Assembly (NCBI RefSeq): GCF_004010195.1
Contig: NC_057758.1
Location: forward strand, 3,091,819 to 3,155,818
Reading direction: 5' to 3'
Length of the DNA stretch: 64,000 nucleotides
DNA from: Chiloscyllium plagiosum
Lineage: Eukaryota
Part shown: piece by piece, positions 42,030-55,110 of the stretch
How the letters are laid out: each line of letters opens with the position of its first letter
Numbering within the stretch: the first letter of the stretch is position 1
Made by a program: the position numbers and the translations under genes
Notes under the pieces: generated by a model
Told to the model about the DNA's origin: nothing
The model's input: only the letters and a program-made list of their open reading frames with translations
Databases searched by the model: none

Positions 42030-42185
42030 CAGACACTGTCACTGACCCCACCAACCCAGAGAAACCCTAGCACATCTATAAAAAGGAAGAATTATCAACA
42101 GTTCTTCGCCTGAGGTTCACTGAAGATGTGACGAAACGTCTGGAAATGAATCTTCCAGCTAAGCGAGCAAACCTACATCCAGAAC
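42030..42185 (+). mobile_element. PLE pLTR with stem-II-deleted hammerhead
   Basis: caCUGAAGAugugacGAAACGUCug followed by ccagctaagcgagcaaacc, paralleling 59424-59498. Confidence 0.6.
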
Positions 42186-43289
42186 AGTCACTGAAAACAA
42201 AAAAAAAACTGTTAGATACAGTTGGTCGGCAGCATCAATGGAAAGATAGCAAAGTAATGTTTCGATACTAGATACCACTTCATCACAATTGACGAGCTGT
42301 CTCTCTGTGCTGCCCAACTCCTTGTGATTTCCAGAATTTTGTTTTGTTTTGTGTACGGATTCCAGAGTCTGTTTTCTTCCCCCTATGTTGTAGACACATT
42401 CGGATGCTCTCAGCTTTATTCTGGAAGATCTATGAGCACAATTACATGAAAACATTCATCCCATTACCAAGTCCGTTGTTTCTGTTTACGCAATGCATTT
42501 ATGGAATTGTTCCAGCAGTTGCGCTAGTTGAACATTGCCAGGAGTTATTGAGAAGAAATAAAATTCTTTAGGGCATTAGTTTCAGTTTTAACTCTTTCAA
42601 ATGACCGCAGCCATTGGTGAATATGAGATTGTGCTTGTTCTTCGGTGTACTTTTATTTTACTTTGTGTTTATGCATGCATGTATGCGTGTAATTTCATTA
42701 ATAACTTAAACGAGAATATCCGTAGATGTGCAGGTATCAATGTGATACACTGAGCATCAAATGTTAGCTAACCTCTAACTACACTACATCAATTTTCCAG
42801 ATCTCGGCCATGAACTTTTGAATAATCTGCATGTAAGAGCTTAAAGATGGTTTAAAAGTTACTAAAATATCTGACTCAATCAATTTTTCAAACACTAAGC
42901 TTTCCATTCTCCTGTGGATGAAAATATTTCTTCTCAAATCTAATCTTTTAACGCCACCTTATTTTAATTCATGGCCACTAGATAATGAATGATAAATTAG
43001 TCTTCCTATCCTGATTTATAAGTATCTCATATTTATACATACCTGTGTTAGGTGACTGCCACAATTCGCACCTGCATGAACAGTATCAGCTTATTAATTC
43101 TCTCCCCATACACCAGAACGGCTAGCTCAACAGTTGGATTTTGAAGCATGGATTGTGTGATTGTCAGCCTAATAAAGGATGCAGTTATTGAGATATGCAC
43201 GTGTGAGACATAATGTGTTTCGAAGAATCAAGGTAGATATTTCAGGTAGAATATGACATAGGATGTCATCTGAAAACAATGGAGACATG

Positions 43290-45678
43290 CTCTTTTTTTT
43301 GCTGACTTGAGAATGGGATTCAACAGATATTTAAATGCATTCTTTAACTCTTATCTAAACTTCTTCTGAGTCAATGCAAAAGTGCAGGTGTTGATGCAGC
43401 AACTCAGAAGTTGCAGCATATTCCCACTTTCTTTCAGAACAAACTTGGGATCATTAAAATTAAAGCCTGATCAATAGGAGCCATCCGTAATCCGCACGTA
43501 TACCACACTTACACCATAAGTAGTCCATAAAAAGTTAAAGTTCCCAGATATAATAAGAACGACAAGAATGAACTTTCTCCGATTCTCCATCTCTGTGGCA
43601 ATGTGATCCTTCACATAAACATGTGCTCGGAGTCTCCTGCAGGCTCTGCTGGATGCTATGATATTTCTTACAGTCAGTGCATTGAATACTAAAAAGAGAA
43701 GGAATGCGATAGTGGGGGTCAAAACACGGTCAAACTAATCGATTGCTATTCAAGTAAATGAAGCATAAAAGTCTGATGTGAGTCGAGAAACCATGGCACG
43801 TTGTAGATCACATACACTGGTTCCTAAACAAAATACTGTGAGTTTTTTTAGGCAACTGAGCGCACAAACTGAACCGTGGGCGGAACGGTGGCACAGTGGT
43901 TAGCACTGTCGCCTCACAGCACCAGAGACCCGGGCTCAATTCTCCACCTCAGGCAAATCTCAGTGTGGAGTTTGCACATTCTCCCCGTGTCTGCGTGGTT
44001 TTACTCCGGGTGGTCCGGTTTCCTCCCACAAATTAAAGATGTGCAGGTTAGCTGAATTGGCCATGCTTAAATTGTCCATAGTGTTAGGTGGACGGGTAAA
44101 TGTAGAGGAATGGGTCTGGGTGGGTGGTGCTTCGGAGTGTTGGTGTGGACATGTTGGGCCAAAGGGCCTGTTTCCACACTGTAAGTAAGCTATCACTATC
44201 TCGTCTTTACATTATGACAATAAAGGTAAATGTAACTGTTCACCAGACGAGACAGTCTCGTGAAGAATACATTGACACTGTGCTAACACTACACGCTGGA
44301 ATGGTGGACAAAAAGCTAATATGCAGGCAAGTCCCACTGATTGGATTCAGTATTAAAGCAGTGACTACAATCAGGGGATCAGTCACAGCCACAGGCACGA
44401 GGAAACGATAGATGCATGTGGAGAGACTGCAATTTCCTCAGGGAAGAGCCACGATAGGCATTAATTTCGCTTTTGAGAAACAGTGAGCAAAGAAAAAGAG
44501 CATTGGCAGAGAGCTTTCTGTTGAGCTACGTACAGAAACTGTCATGTTGTAGGGCACGTTGTATGCAGTTAATATTGAACAAATACAAAACCTTAATAGG
44601 TCAACACAGGACATACTTCAGAAGCTTAAGTCGAATCATTTCGAAACTTTTGTGCTCAACTCAAATTAATTTGGAAATTCATTGGCGCTTAGTACTAACA
44701 TTAAAATGTTGCTAATTCTGAAAATGGAACTGACATCTCACTGATAAGTGATGAGTTTAATCACTATTGACAATGCTGGTTGTCGTGTTGTTGAGAGATA
44801 AATTCTTATTGAAGCAATGGGAACACTCTTGTATTTTCAGTCTAAAGTAAAAGTTTCGATGAGCCCTTATGCTGAACTTGATCTTTTCACTACGGATTTT
44901 TAGCTGTCTCTCATCAATGACTACCAGAGGGAAAATCAACATATCCAATGTGGGGACTATTCTTGAAAGCACTGGTTAAATATCTAAGCTTCACATATGG
45001 AATGAAAGTTCTCTGCGCCATTTATTGTGGGAGAAAGCTTATATTTTTAAGTCAATTGTATTGGATTTCAATACCATGACCCTGACTCATCGAGACACAA
45101 TGGATCCTACTCTCAGCTCTAAGTCATGCTAGAGATTTGGTAAAAATAGAGAACCTTCTTCCAAAATTGGGCTTTGATACTATCCAGATAACATATTCGT
45201 AAAAAAGTTTTAAATGTATCACATTAGCTCTCGATGTCAGTAAATCACTAATGAGAATTTAAACATGAAATATGCATGCATGCCGTTCAAATTGCGTAGG
45301 CATTTAATTTTGATATAACAATGAATGCACCTTGATAACCCACAAGCGGTTTTGAATCCTTACTTCAAGTAGATACCATAAAGTTTTCACATAACCGATC
45401 ACATCGATCAGATTGCAATCAGTTCTGTGATAAAGCAATAATCAATATTAATTACAGCATTGTCTGTTCAAGAATAATTAATAAAAACCAAATACTCAAT
45501 TCGGTTTCAACTATCAATTGGAAAATAGATTTCGTGTTAACTTAATAGAGAAAAATCATGCCAGACCATTATCATTTCGTTAATATGCTGATAAAGCTAC
45601 ATATACTCACTTGGAATTCCAATAGCTCCAGAATGGGATTGCAAAAAAGGATAAAGGATTAGATTCTAATTCTTGCAT
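43290..45678 (-). pseudogene. GPR139-like GPCR pseudogene (two exons)
   Basis: Exon 1 45678-45611 (ATG...GAIGIP-A|gtgagt, frameshifted). Exon 2 from 44469 (tctcaaaag|): KLMPIVALP*GNCSLSTCIYRFLVPVAVTDPL...DCLVW*TVTFTF, then a SINE, then GSVCALSCLKN...NALTVRNIIASSRACRRLR...EMENRRKFILV...MLQLLSCCINTCTFALTQKKFR*. Several stops and frameshifts. Confidence 0.9.
43878..44190 (+). mobile_element. HE1-type SINE inserted in the GPCR pseudogene
   Basis: Full head, V-domain and tail. Confidence 0.9.
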
Positions 45679-46217
45679 ACTGCTAAAGACTGCAGAATTA
45701 GTAGAAATGCTGGGAAATTTCGAATATGCCTCAAAATTAAAATTTCAAGGAATTTCCTGAAGGATAATTACAGTTATCATAATTGACATCTATCGTGATT
45801 ACTTGAATGACAGAAGGGTTTGAATTTTGCCCAATTTTATATTCAATGCACCTATACCATTTGACAGAACACGTACTTTAAGGAAAATGGTAGGTTCTAA
45901 AATACAAATTTGAATAGTTTGGGGGGTACTAGAGACTTGCATTTAAATTAATTCAAGCAGAATATCAAAACGTCTCAGGCGATGTGGGAAACATCATAAA
46001 GTACATCTGCACCGCGGAACCTTGGACGTCGACATAAAATCACAAGTCTATTTCGTGACGATTGCTCCACATTGCTGAGCATAAACATAGTTCATCTAAA
46101 CCCAGGTTGGGCAATTGTTTTACAATAGAAACTCGGTTATCATTTGTCCACTCAATGGTCGAAGGTAAAAAGAATGCAAACCGAGTTCATACAACCTCAC
46201 CAATTAAGTTTAGATTA

Positions 46218-48790
46218 TTTTTTAGAAGTGTTTTATTGACTGTTCTGCAAAAAAAAATCATAGCAGAACAAGGTGAAATCGCAAGCAATAAGCAACTGTA
46301 TACATAACCACGACCCCCCTCCTCACGCCCTAAACATCCCCCAAAATGCAAAGACAAAAATGACGAACTACCCTAATAAATATCGACATATAAAAAGTAC
46401 AAAACCATAAGAAATCAAAGGAGCAGTAAGACAACTGCATTAGAATAAGAAAAAGGAAGTGAAAATAACCACAACGGAAGCTATCTCAGTTAAAAAGACA
46501 AGACAATTAACATATCAAAGAAACACGCTCTGGACTTTTGTAAATTTGTTAGAGCAACCTAATAATGGTATTCAAATATTTTCTAATTTAAGAAAGTATA
46601 GCACATCTCTCACCCAGTGTGTCTGAGTAGATAGAATTAGGGATTTCCATTTTCACAATATCTTCTTGTCAATAGGGTAGTGAATGCTCTCATGTCGTTT
46701 TTAGAGGAAGAAAGATTGGTAAAGAGGGTGACACCAAAAATAACGCAGCAATAATGTTCGGAGTAGGATTTTCTCCAGATGCCTTAGTTAAGTTGTCAAA
46801 AATATGAAAGTAGACAATGTCTACTTAAAGCAGGGCATATGCGTATAATTTGCTGGGGATTATTAGCACCGATCACAGAATGGAGACTCCGCCTCAAAAA
46901 TTCGAGCCATTGTGCAGTGGGCTCGGTGTAGTATCTTGTGTCGAATAACAGTGTTTTGCGCAGATCGAAGATCTATGCGTCCTTTGTAAGATCTCATCCC
47001 ACGCATCACCCGGAATTCCCCCCTGCAGGTTTGCCTCCCAGATAGCTTTAATTGAATCAAGAGAGTCAGAGCATACTTTATGAATGTTTGAATAATAAAA
47101 TGAAGTACCACCCACCACCACTACCACCCTCCACCCCTTAATGAAGAAAACGGGTTGGGAAAGATGTCAATACCAGAATCATTCGAAAGGTCAGGGAAAA
47201 CCTAAGATGAACTACAGCCAAATCTGCAAGCTTGCGGGTAACTGAAGAAGTGTGTTTTAGGAAGTGAAAACCTATCAACTAATTGTTGAAAAGATGCAAA
47301 AACGCCATCAATATGTCAATCTTTCACAGTTTTTATTCCAAACACAGCACAGCCAGCAATGGCACTGTCAACTAAAAATGAGGGAAGAACATGATTTGCT
47401 GCCAACAAAGCCTTAGTAAAAAATGATTGAAAGGCGTCAAAATCGAAACTAAGTTTTAACACAGGATAAATCAATTATGGTTTTCGTGTAAATAAAGTTT
47501 GAAGAAAGAAGGGATGAATGCAATAAAATCTTCATTGTTACCGGATGGGTGGAATGTACCTCAACAGTCAACCGAACTGAGAGAGCATCAAGGTTCTTAT
47601 ATTGCAGACAATAGCTAATGTCTCTAATGATTGCTGCCCAATTTTTAAAAATCGTGAAAGCCATTCCACCTAGAATCGTATGCCACTGTAAGAACGTTAC
47701 TGTAAGCTATGTGTTTTTCTTTATTCCAAATAACATTAAGAATGAGACTATTTCCCTTACGGAAAAACGAAAGATGGAGAAAAATTGGTATATGTTGAAA
47801 TGAATAATAGAACCGTGCAAAATATTCATTTTAATGGAATTATTTCTGGTAACAACACACAAATTAAGGACAGACCATTGCTCGAAGTCTTGTTTAATCT
47901 GTATCAGTCCAGTGCAGTGTTAATGGAGAGAGATAAGTTCGAGGCAAATAGCAAAGGTTATCTGCAAAGAGGACATGCTTTAACTCCACATAATGCCAGA
48001 TAAATCATGACGAGTCCGTACAGCAATAGACAGAAGTTCAATTACAATGGCAAACAACAGCAATAGACTCAAAGTATAACTCTGTCTAGTGGAAGGATAA
48101 ATGTGAAAATCATCAGAATTCATGTTATTGGTCCTAACAAAGGCCTGTGGTGAAGCATGGAGTAGTTTGGTCCAAGAAACTTTTTTTTTCCCAAAGTCAC
48201 GTTTCTCCAACGTGAAAAAAAAATCAATTCACTCTATTAGAGGCTTTTTCAAAATAGGAAGACATTATACCGCTGGTAGAGTGGATTTGGGAAGCATTTT
48301 AAACAACATTAAACACCAGCCAAATATTAAAAAAAAAGGAATGCTTGTTGTTAATAAATGCTGATTCATCCAAGGGCATGATGGAGGGAAGGATCACTTC
48401 CAAACGTCAGGGGAATATTCTTGATAATAATTTAAAGTGAACATTTAGCAGTCTTCTGAGACCATATGAACTACACAGTAAAGGATCTTTGCCTTTCTTT
48501 AAAAACAAAGATATTGATGCTTGCGTTAAAGTTTGAGGAAGAGAGCCAGAATGAAACGCCGCAAAAAACACATCTACCAAAAGCAAAATCATCTTTTTCC
48601 CAATTTTTTTTCTAAATTCGTCCGGAAAACGATCGGGTCCAAGACTTTTAGTGATGTAGCCGCAGCCTCAACTTCGATTGCTTTGATTTCTTATTCCAAC
48701 TCCTTAGTCACATTTTGATCCCCAAAAGGAACGTTAATTTTCTGAAAAAAAAGTATCAAAATCCACTGTAGCAGTAGAATATTAAGATTA
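46218..48790 (-). mobile_element. L1-clade LINE, 5'-truncated, degenerate
   Basis: LPQTLTQASISLFLKKGKDPLLCSSY, TRQSYTLSLLL...IELLSIAVR, KILHRAH, CDRC, QWVRDVLYFLKLE; AATAAA and A-rich end. Confidence 0.85.
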
Positions 48791-48859
48791 ATAAAGTGAA
48801 ATGTAAAATTCCTTTTGAAATGTAAAATTCAAGGACCAGCGACTGTAGTTCTTGATTTA

Positions 48860-50820
48860 TATATTGAAAGAAATAAATTGATTAGGGATAGTCAACACGG
48901 TTTTCTAAAGGGTAGGTCGTATCTCGCAAATCTTATTGATTTCTTTGAGGAGGTGAACAAACAGGTGGATGAGGGCAAAGCAGTTAATGTGGTGTATATC
49001 GATTTCAGTAAGGCGTTTGGTCACGTTCCTGCGGTACGCTATTGAACAAAATATGAAGGCATGCGATTGAGGGAGATTTAGCGAATTGGATGAGAAATTG
49101 GCTAGCTAGAGAAGACAGAGGGTGGTAGTTGTTGGGAAATATTCACCCCCGAGTCAGTTGCGAGGGATACCGCAAGAATCTGCTTTGGGTCCACTGTTCT
49201 TTGTCATTTTTATAAATGAACTGGATGAGGGCAGAGAAGGATGTGTTAGTAAATTTGCGAATGTCACTAGTCGGTAGAGTAGTGGAGACTGACGAATGCT
49301 CTTGTGAGTTACGGAGAGACTCAGACAAACTGCAGAGACGAGCTGAGAGGTGGCAAATGGAGATAATGCGGAGAAGTGTGACATGATTGCCTTTGAAAAG
49401 GGTTAAATGATACGATTCTTCGGAGTGTAGATGAGCAGAGACATCTCGGTATCCAGGTACATAGATCATTGGAAGTTGCTACCCAGGTTGACAGGTTTGT
49501 AAACAAGGCATACAGTGTGTCAGCTTTTAGTGGTAGAGGATTGAGTTTCGGAACCATGACATCATGCTGTAGCTGTACAAAACTCTGGTGCGGCCACATT
49601 TGCAGTATTGCATGCAGTTCTGGCCACCCGCATTTTCGGACTGATGTGGAAGCTTTGGATAGGGCTCAGAAGAGATTTACTAGGATGTTCCCTGGTATGG
49701 AGGGAAGACCTTATGAGGAAAGGTTGTGTGACATGAGGCTGTTTTAGTCAGAAAGAACAACGTTGAGAGATGACTTAATTGAGACATAGGAGATAATCCA
49801 AAGGTTAGATAAGTTGACAGTGAGAGACTTTTTCCTAGGATCGTGATGGCTAGAACAAGGGCACATGGCTTTAAATTGAGGGGTGATAGATACAAGACAG
49901 ATGTCAAAGGTAGTTTCCTTACTCAGAGAGTAGTAGGGGCACCGCCTGAAATAGTATTAGATTCGCCAATTTTAATGGCATTTAAGTATTCATTCAATAG
50001 TTATGCAGAAGAGAATGGAAGAGTGCAGTTTAGAAGATCTTCAGATTGGTTCCACAGGTCGGCGCAACATCAAGGGCCGAATGGCCTACACTGCACTTTA
50101 AGTCGTATGTTCTATGTTCCAGGTGCCGGTCAGACAGGGAAGAAGTTGTCGGGCGCGGGAGCCATGTTTTACTAAGACAATTGAATCTCTTGTCAAGAGG
50201 AAGAAGAAGGCTTATGTTAGTATGAAAGGCAATGGCTCAGTTTGGGCGCTTGAAACTTACAAGTTCGTCAGGGAAGACGTAAGGAAACAGCTAAGAAGAG
50301 TCAGGAGGGGACATGAGAAATCGTTGGCTGTTAGGATTAGGAAAGCGTTAAGGCGTTCTGCAGGTATACCAGCAATAAAATGAATAATTTTCGTCAGTAT
50401 TCACACGAGAACAAGTTAATGTTGTCGAGGAGAATGCTGGGATACAGACTACAAGACTACATTACACTGAGGTGCATAAGAAGGAGGTTTTAGCATTTCT
50501 GGAAACTGTCAATTTAGATAATTCCCATGCGCCAGATGGGATTTGTCCCAGGACTCTCTGTGAGGCTAGGGAGGAGATTGCCGAGACTTTGACTTTGATC
50601 TTTATGTCGTCATTTCAGGAATAGCGCCAGAAGACTAGTGGATAGCAAATGTTGTTCCCTTGTTTAAGAAGGGGAGTAGGGACAACCCTGGAAATTATAG
50701 ATCAGTAACCCTCACGTCGGTTGTGGGTAAAGTGTTGGAAAGTGTTGTAAGAGATAGAATGTATAAGCATCTAGAAAAGAATAAGTTGACGAGTGATAGT
50801 CAACACAGTTTCGTGAAGTT
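48860..50820 (+). mobile_element. CR1: RT and tail (48860-50119) followed by an upstream ORF2 segment (50120-50820)
   Basis: IRDSQHGFLKGRS...IDFSKAF; tail gttctatgttc; then VPVRQG...NVVPLFKKGSRDNPGNYRSVTLTS...DSQHSF. Confidence 0.88.
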
Positions 50821-50869
50821 CCGTTCATACCTTTGATAACCTTGCTCTCATAAAGATGTTACTAAACAG

Positions 50870-51320
50870 AAGAAATTTGCAAGGCTGTTCTTTGGACTCA
50901 AGGTTCTGAGTTTTAGGGAGAGTTTAGACAAGCCAGGAGCTTTTTTTTTTAAGAGTGTAGGAGAGTGAGGAGGTATCTTATGGAAGTGCATTAGATCATG
51001 AGAGGCATGAATAGTGTGAATGCACTTAGTATTTTTCCTAGGATTGTGGAATCGAAGACATCAGTTTAATGTAGGAGGGGAAAGAATAAAAGGTAACCTG
51101 AGGGGCAACGTTTTAACACAGAATGTGGTACGCATATGGAATGAGTTCCCAACGGAAGTGGTTGAGGCGGGTACATTAACAATATTTAAAAGACATTTGG
51201 ACCAATGCATGGATACGAAAGTGTTAGAAGTATATGTGCCAAGTGCAGGGAAATAGGATTAGTGTGGAAGTGTATTTTGGTCAGCATGTCTCTGTGCTGT
51301 AGGAGTCCACACTCTATGAA
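50870..51320 (+). mobile_element. CR1 3' fragment
   Basis: HQFNVGGERIKGNLRGN...WNEFP. Confidence 0.8.
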
Positions 51321-52151
51321 TCCATAACAAAAATCAGTGTTCTACCAGTCAAGCATTTTCCTACTTACTGAAAAAAAAATTTCTGTGACAAGATATCACC
51401 CTTGCACAACGATGCGGACTATCTCTGAGAAATCAATTTATTTTCTTGCCAAATGAGAATAACGACATGGCCATAATGTAGTCAACACAGTGTTGCTGAA
51501 GTGAAATGAATAAGTAAATGTAGCGTGTAAATTCTGACCGTGAGTTTATTTAACAGTTGTTATCCAGAACAGTTATGTCTGTTCTTATTGTAAAAGTAAA
51601 CGTTGAATTTACAATTATCGAACTGGATGTTCGAAAATTTGATATTTATAGTGAACTACCCATAAATATCTCCCCAATGAATAAAATTATCTTGCTGCAA
51701 CTGAATCTACCTGCACTGAATATAATTATCGAGTTGGGAAACTAGCGATAGCAAATTTAAGTAGCATGAAGAGAAGCTCTGCGAAAGGACAAATTAATGA
51801 ACTTGATACATTGAATTAAGAATGATGCTAATTTGTGTTTTCGCAGAACGCTTCCCAGTTAATTGACATCTCATGGTAAGGTACTTAGTGAACAGCACAG
51901 CGCTGTCCTCATAGTAGACTGGACATACTTTGTGCAAGGGTGATATCTTGTCACAGAATTTTTTTTTCAGTAAGTAGGAAAATGCTTGACTGGTAGAACA
52001 CTGATTTTTGTTATGGATTCATAGAATGTGGACTCCTACAGCACAGAGACATGCTGACCAAAATACACTTCCACACTAATCCTATTTCCCTGCAATTGGC
52101 ACATATACTTCTAACACTTTCGTATCCATGCATTGGTCCAAATGTCTTTTA
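51187..52151. repeat. Near-perfect inverted duplication (51187-51409 and 51930-52151)
   Basis: Manual alignment: 223/222 bp, 2 substitutions and 1 indel, 520-bp spacer. Confidence 0.93.
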
Positions 52152-52209
52152 TGTTATTTAGAAAAATGAATGTTACAGTGATCATTATACAGTCTCGACT
52201 AGGAATAAG

Positions 52210-52312
52210 CCAATTGTCAGCTGCACTCATTTGTTTGTTGTTGAACAAATGCGAAACATTTCCAAGATCAGACATCTAATTAAATCTCTGGAGCCTGAAA
52301 TCTCGTATAAAA
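52210..52312 (+). promoter_or_regulatory. Putative core promoter of the GPCR (CCAAT and TATA box)
   Basis: CCAAT at 52210-52214 and TATAAAA at 52306-52312, 57 bp before the ATG. Motif and position only. Confidence 0.45.
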
Positions 52313-52362
52313 ATAAATACTTCCCAGTAAACCTCTGAATCCGTGCAGGACACCTGTTCAAA

Positions 52363-52432
52363 ATGCATGAGGTACTAAGAGGTCTGCTGTTTGCCATTTC
52401 TTATCCAGTCTTTGCTGCTATCGGAGTCTCAG
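52363..52432 (+). CDS. GPR139-like class A GPCR, coding exon 1
   Basis: ATG at 52363 reads MHEVLRGLLFAISYPVFAAIGVS plus 1 nt, then GT donor (G|gtagac). The phase-1 join to exon 2 restores GVS-A-NLAVIVIL (TM1). Not in the ORF track. Confidence 0.85.
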
Positions 52433-55110
52433 GTAGACAAGTGTATTGTTTTTGTAGTGCATGTTCTGCTTTTTTTTTTCAGTTGTACTTACCATCCTTT
52501 CAGATAGCCTTTTCCCCCGTTACAGGAAGAAAAGATTGATTAATTGAGGACTCCATTGCATTTAACGACTATGATATATCACGCTTTCCAGTCTGCATTG
52601 TGCCGGTTAATAAATAGTTAGCCCTCACTATCCGAAAGTAAAGCGTTCCCAGGAAACGTTTTGTAAGCCAGAAATGGCGTTAAATGAAGGTGCATGAATG
52701 ATATAGGGAAGCATGTCACCGTTTTTCGTAAAAGTGAAAATGCTCTTCAGATGCACAAAAACGTGTCCGAATGTAAGACTTCCAGAAAAGCAAGATTGCA
52801 CAAAGAGACTGTTCGAAAAGAGGGTGATACCTGTATTTATACCTTAAAAATACTGACCCTTTTGCGTGAAATTAATATTATAATTTATTCCTTCACAGAA
52901 AGTTTATTTCGTAATGTTTATGCGCATAGCTTTCGCATATCACCTGTATAATTTGCTACTTTACTGATGTGCAATCTACCAACAATTTGACTGAGTGATC
53001 TCCCATAATTTTCGCATTTCCCTCATTCACTGCTCACATCTTCTGGTGTAAATGTATATCTGTGTTACTGACAAGTAACTCAGAACACTATAACTGCAAT
53101 TCGATTCTCTTTTTGATTACTTTCTAAATGATGAGTTGCAAAGGACAAAACAATTCTTATGTTTAGTATTATGATAGTGGCATTCACTTCGATAGGTCTA
53201 GATTTACACTGATAATATTCTGTTTTGTTACAATGGCATGCATCATTGTTACTTTGATGTAATTGTAAATTTGTTTAACTAGCGCCCGTTACAAGGTGGA
53301 CTGATTCCTGAAAACCGTTCACTTATTCAACTGTTGAATAATCCCTCGTTAAACTGAAAAGGGTATCATGGACAAGTATGCTATTGTCAAACAAAAAATG
53401 TGATGAAAATTATAAATATATCATTTGTGGAATCATTAATTTGTGCAGAAGTAAACACCCCACACACCCCTACTGTTTCTGCTTGATTCTGCTCCGACAC
53501 AAAGGTTGTTGCTGATGGCTCCGACCTGATAACCATTGAATGTGTGCTTTCCATCGTCTCCAAGCATCAGCTGATTCTTTCAATTTCCCCAGTTACATTG
53601 CTTCTTGTGTGATGCAGAAAGCCAATAAGTACTGCAATCAGACGTTTGCAATATACAAAGACATTTGTTAAAATACAACACCATCACATAATGAAGTTGA
53701 TAATTTATCCCGATGGCTGAGTGCAGCGTGAATAAAAATTGATTTTGTAAAAAGACCGAAAATGATTTCGACATCATAATTTCCCAATACATCAATGCAG
53801 ATCATTATTTGATTAGGAGAAAGATGTCCCATTGCACAATACCAAAAATATCATCGGCAAATTTGTTAAGTATAGGTCGACTATTTAAAGACATTTTTCA
53901 TTCTCAGAGTGAATAAATTTGCAACAAACAAGATTTTAATTGCAATAGAATCCTAGTTTGTTTCTTTATCCAAGCTTGTTGGCGGTAATTTGCTCTACAT
54001 GTCCTTCAGTTTTCCGTGACGTCATTTGCTAAGACACCACCACACCAGCCAAAGAGGGAAAAAAAGCTCATGGTTTGGTGTAAGGTGTTTTCATGGAGAG
54101 ATGATTGAATTGCGATGTGAAAAAATAGAGTTGCTTGAATTTTTCAGCCTGCAGCATGCAATGAGTCACGTCTTATAGGGATCAGTGCTCAGACTTCAAA
54201 CAGTCACGAATTGCACAAATGATTGGAAAGGATGGGCAGATGCTATGTTAGCTGCAATTGCTGACCCCAGGAAAGTGAGGTTTTAGTGGTAGCCATACAT
54301 AGAAAAAAGATGTAAATGTATTGAAATTAGGTCATTGAAAGTAGGTTTACTAGTCCAATATGAGGAATGTGTGGGTGAGCGTATGAGGAAACGGTAGAGA
54401 GTCTGTTGCATGCCATTTAAAGTTGTTAGATCCAGAGGTTAAATAATTGAACCACAAGCGGTCCTGCATGGATTTGGCTAGGTGGGTCCCGAAAGGATGT
54501 GGAGAGGAATCAATCTTTTTTCATATGGGAGAATCCATAACTACGAGTCATAGTTCAAAAATAAGGAAGTGTTTATCTGAGACAAATCTGCCGCTGTTTT
54601 ATTTCAGTCAGAGGATTGTGAATCCCCTTTCTCAAAACGCAGTTGATGCAGAGTATTAATATAAAACAGGTAGACTTGGAAAAATAAAATTGCCCTTACA
54701 ATCTCATGAATTACCATTTCATTTGATATTGGACAAGTTTCACATAGCTGAGCAAACTACTTGTGTTACCGGTTCCTATGTTTGCATTTTTCTTGCATTT
54801 CTTTTGTTGTATGACACGTCTCATGTGAATATGATCCTGTTATGTTGAATGCTATGTAATGCAGGAATTTGTTTCACTTATCGTGTTCTCCGTTCGTACC
54901 CCTAAGACTCATTTATGTTTTTATGTTATTAGCAATTATTTATCTTTGCAGAAATAATTGTAATGAAGCCAAAATGCTTCATGAATAATAGATGTTTTTC
55001 CACAAATCAGATCACTTCTGTAAATATTGAAAATCATACAGTGTTCTCTCAAATATGGGGAGTGAAAGCTGTTTAAAAAAAGCTTGTCTTGCTCTTGCTT
55101 TCTTTTATAG

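Noticed and set aside
55089..55110. ORF-track start for a single-exon 317-aa GPCR
   Set aside because: Non-ATG start within the polypyrimidine tract; TM1 is incomplete without the upstream exon.
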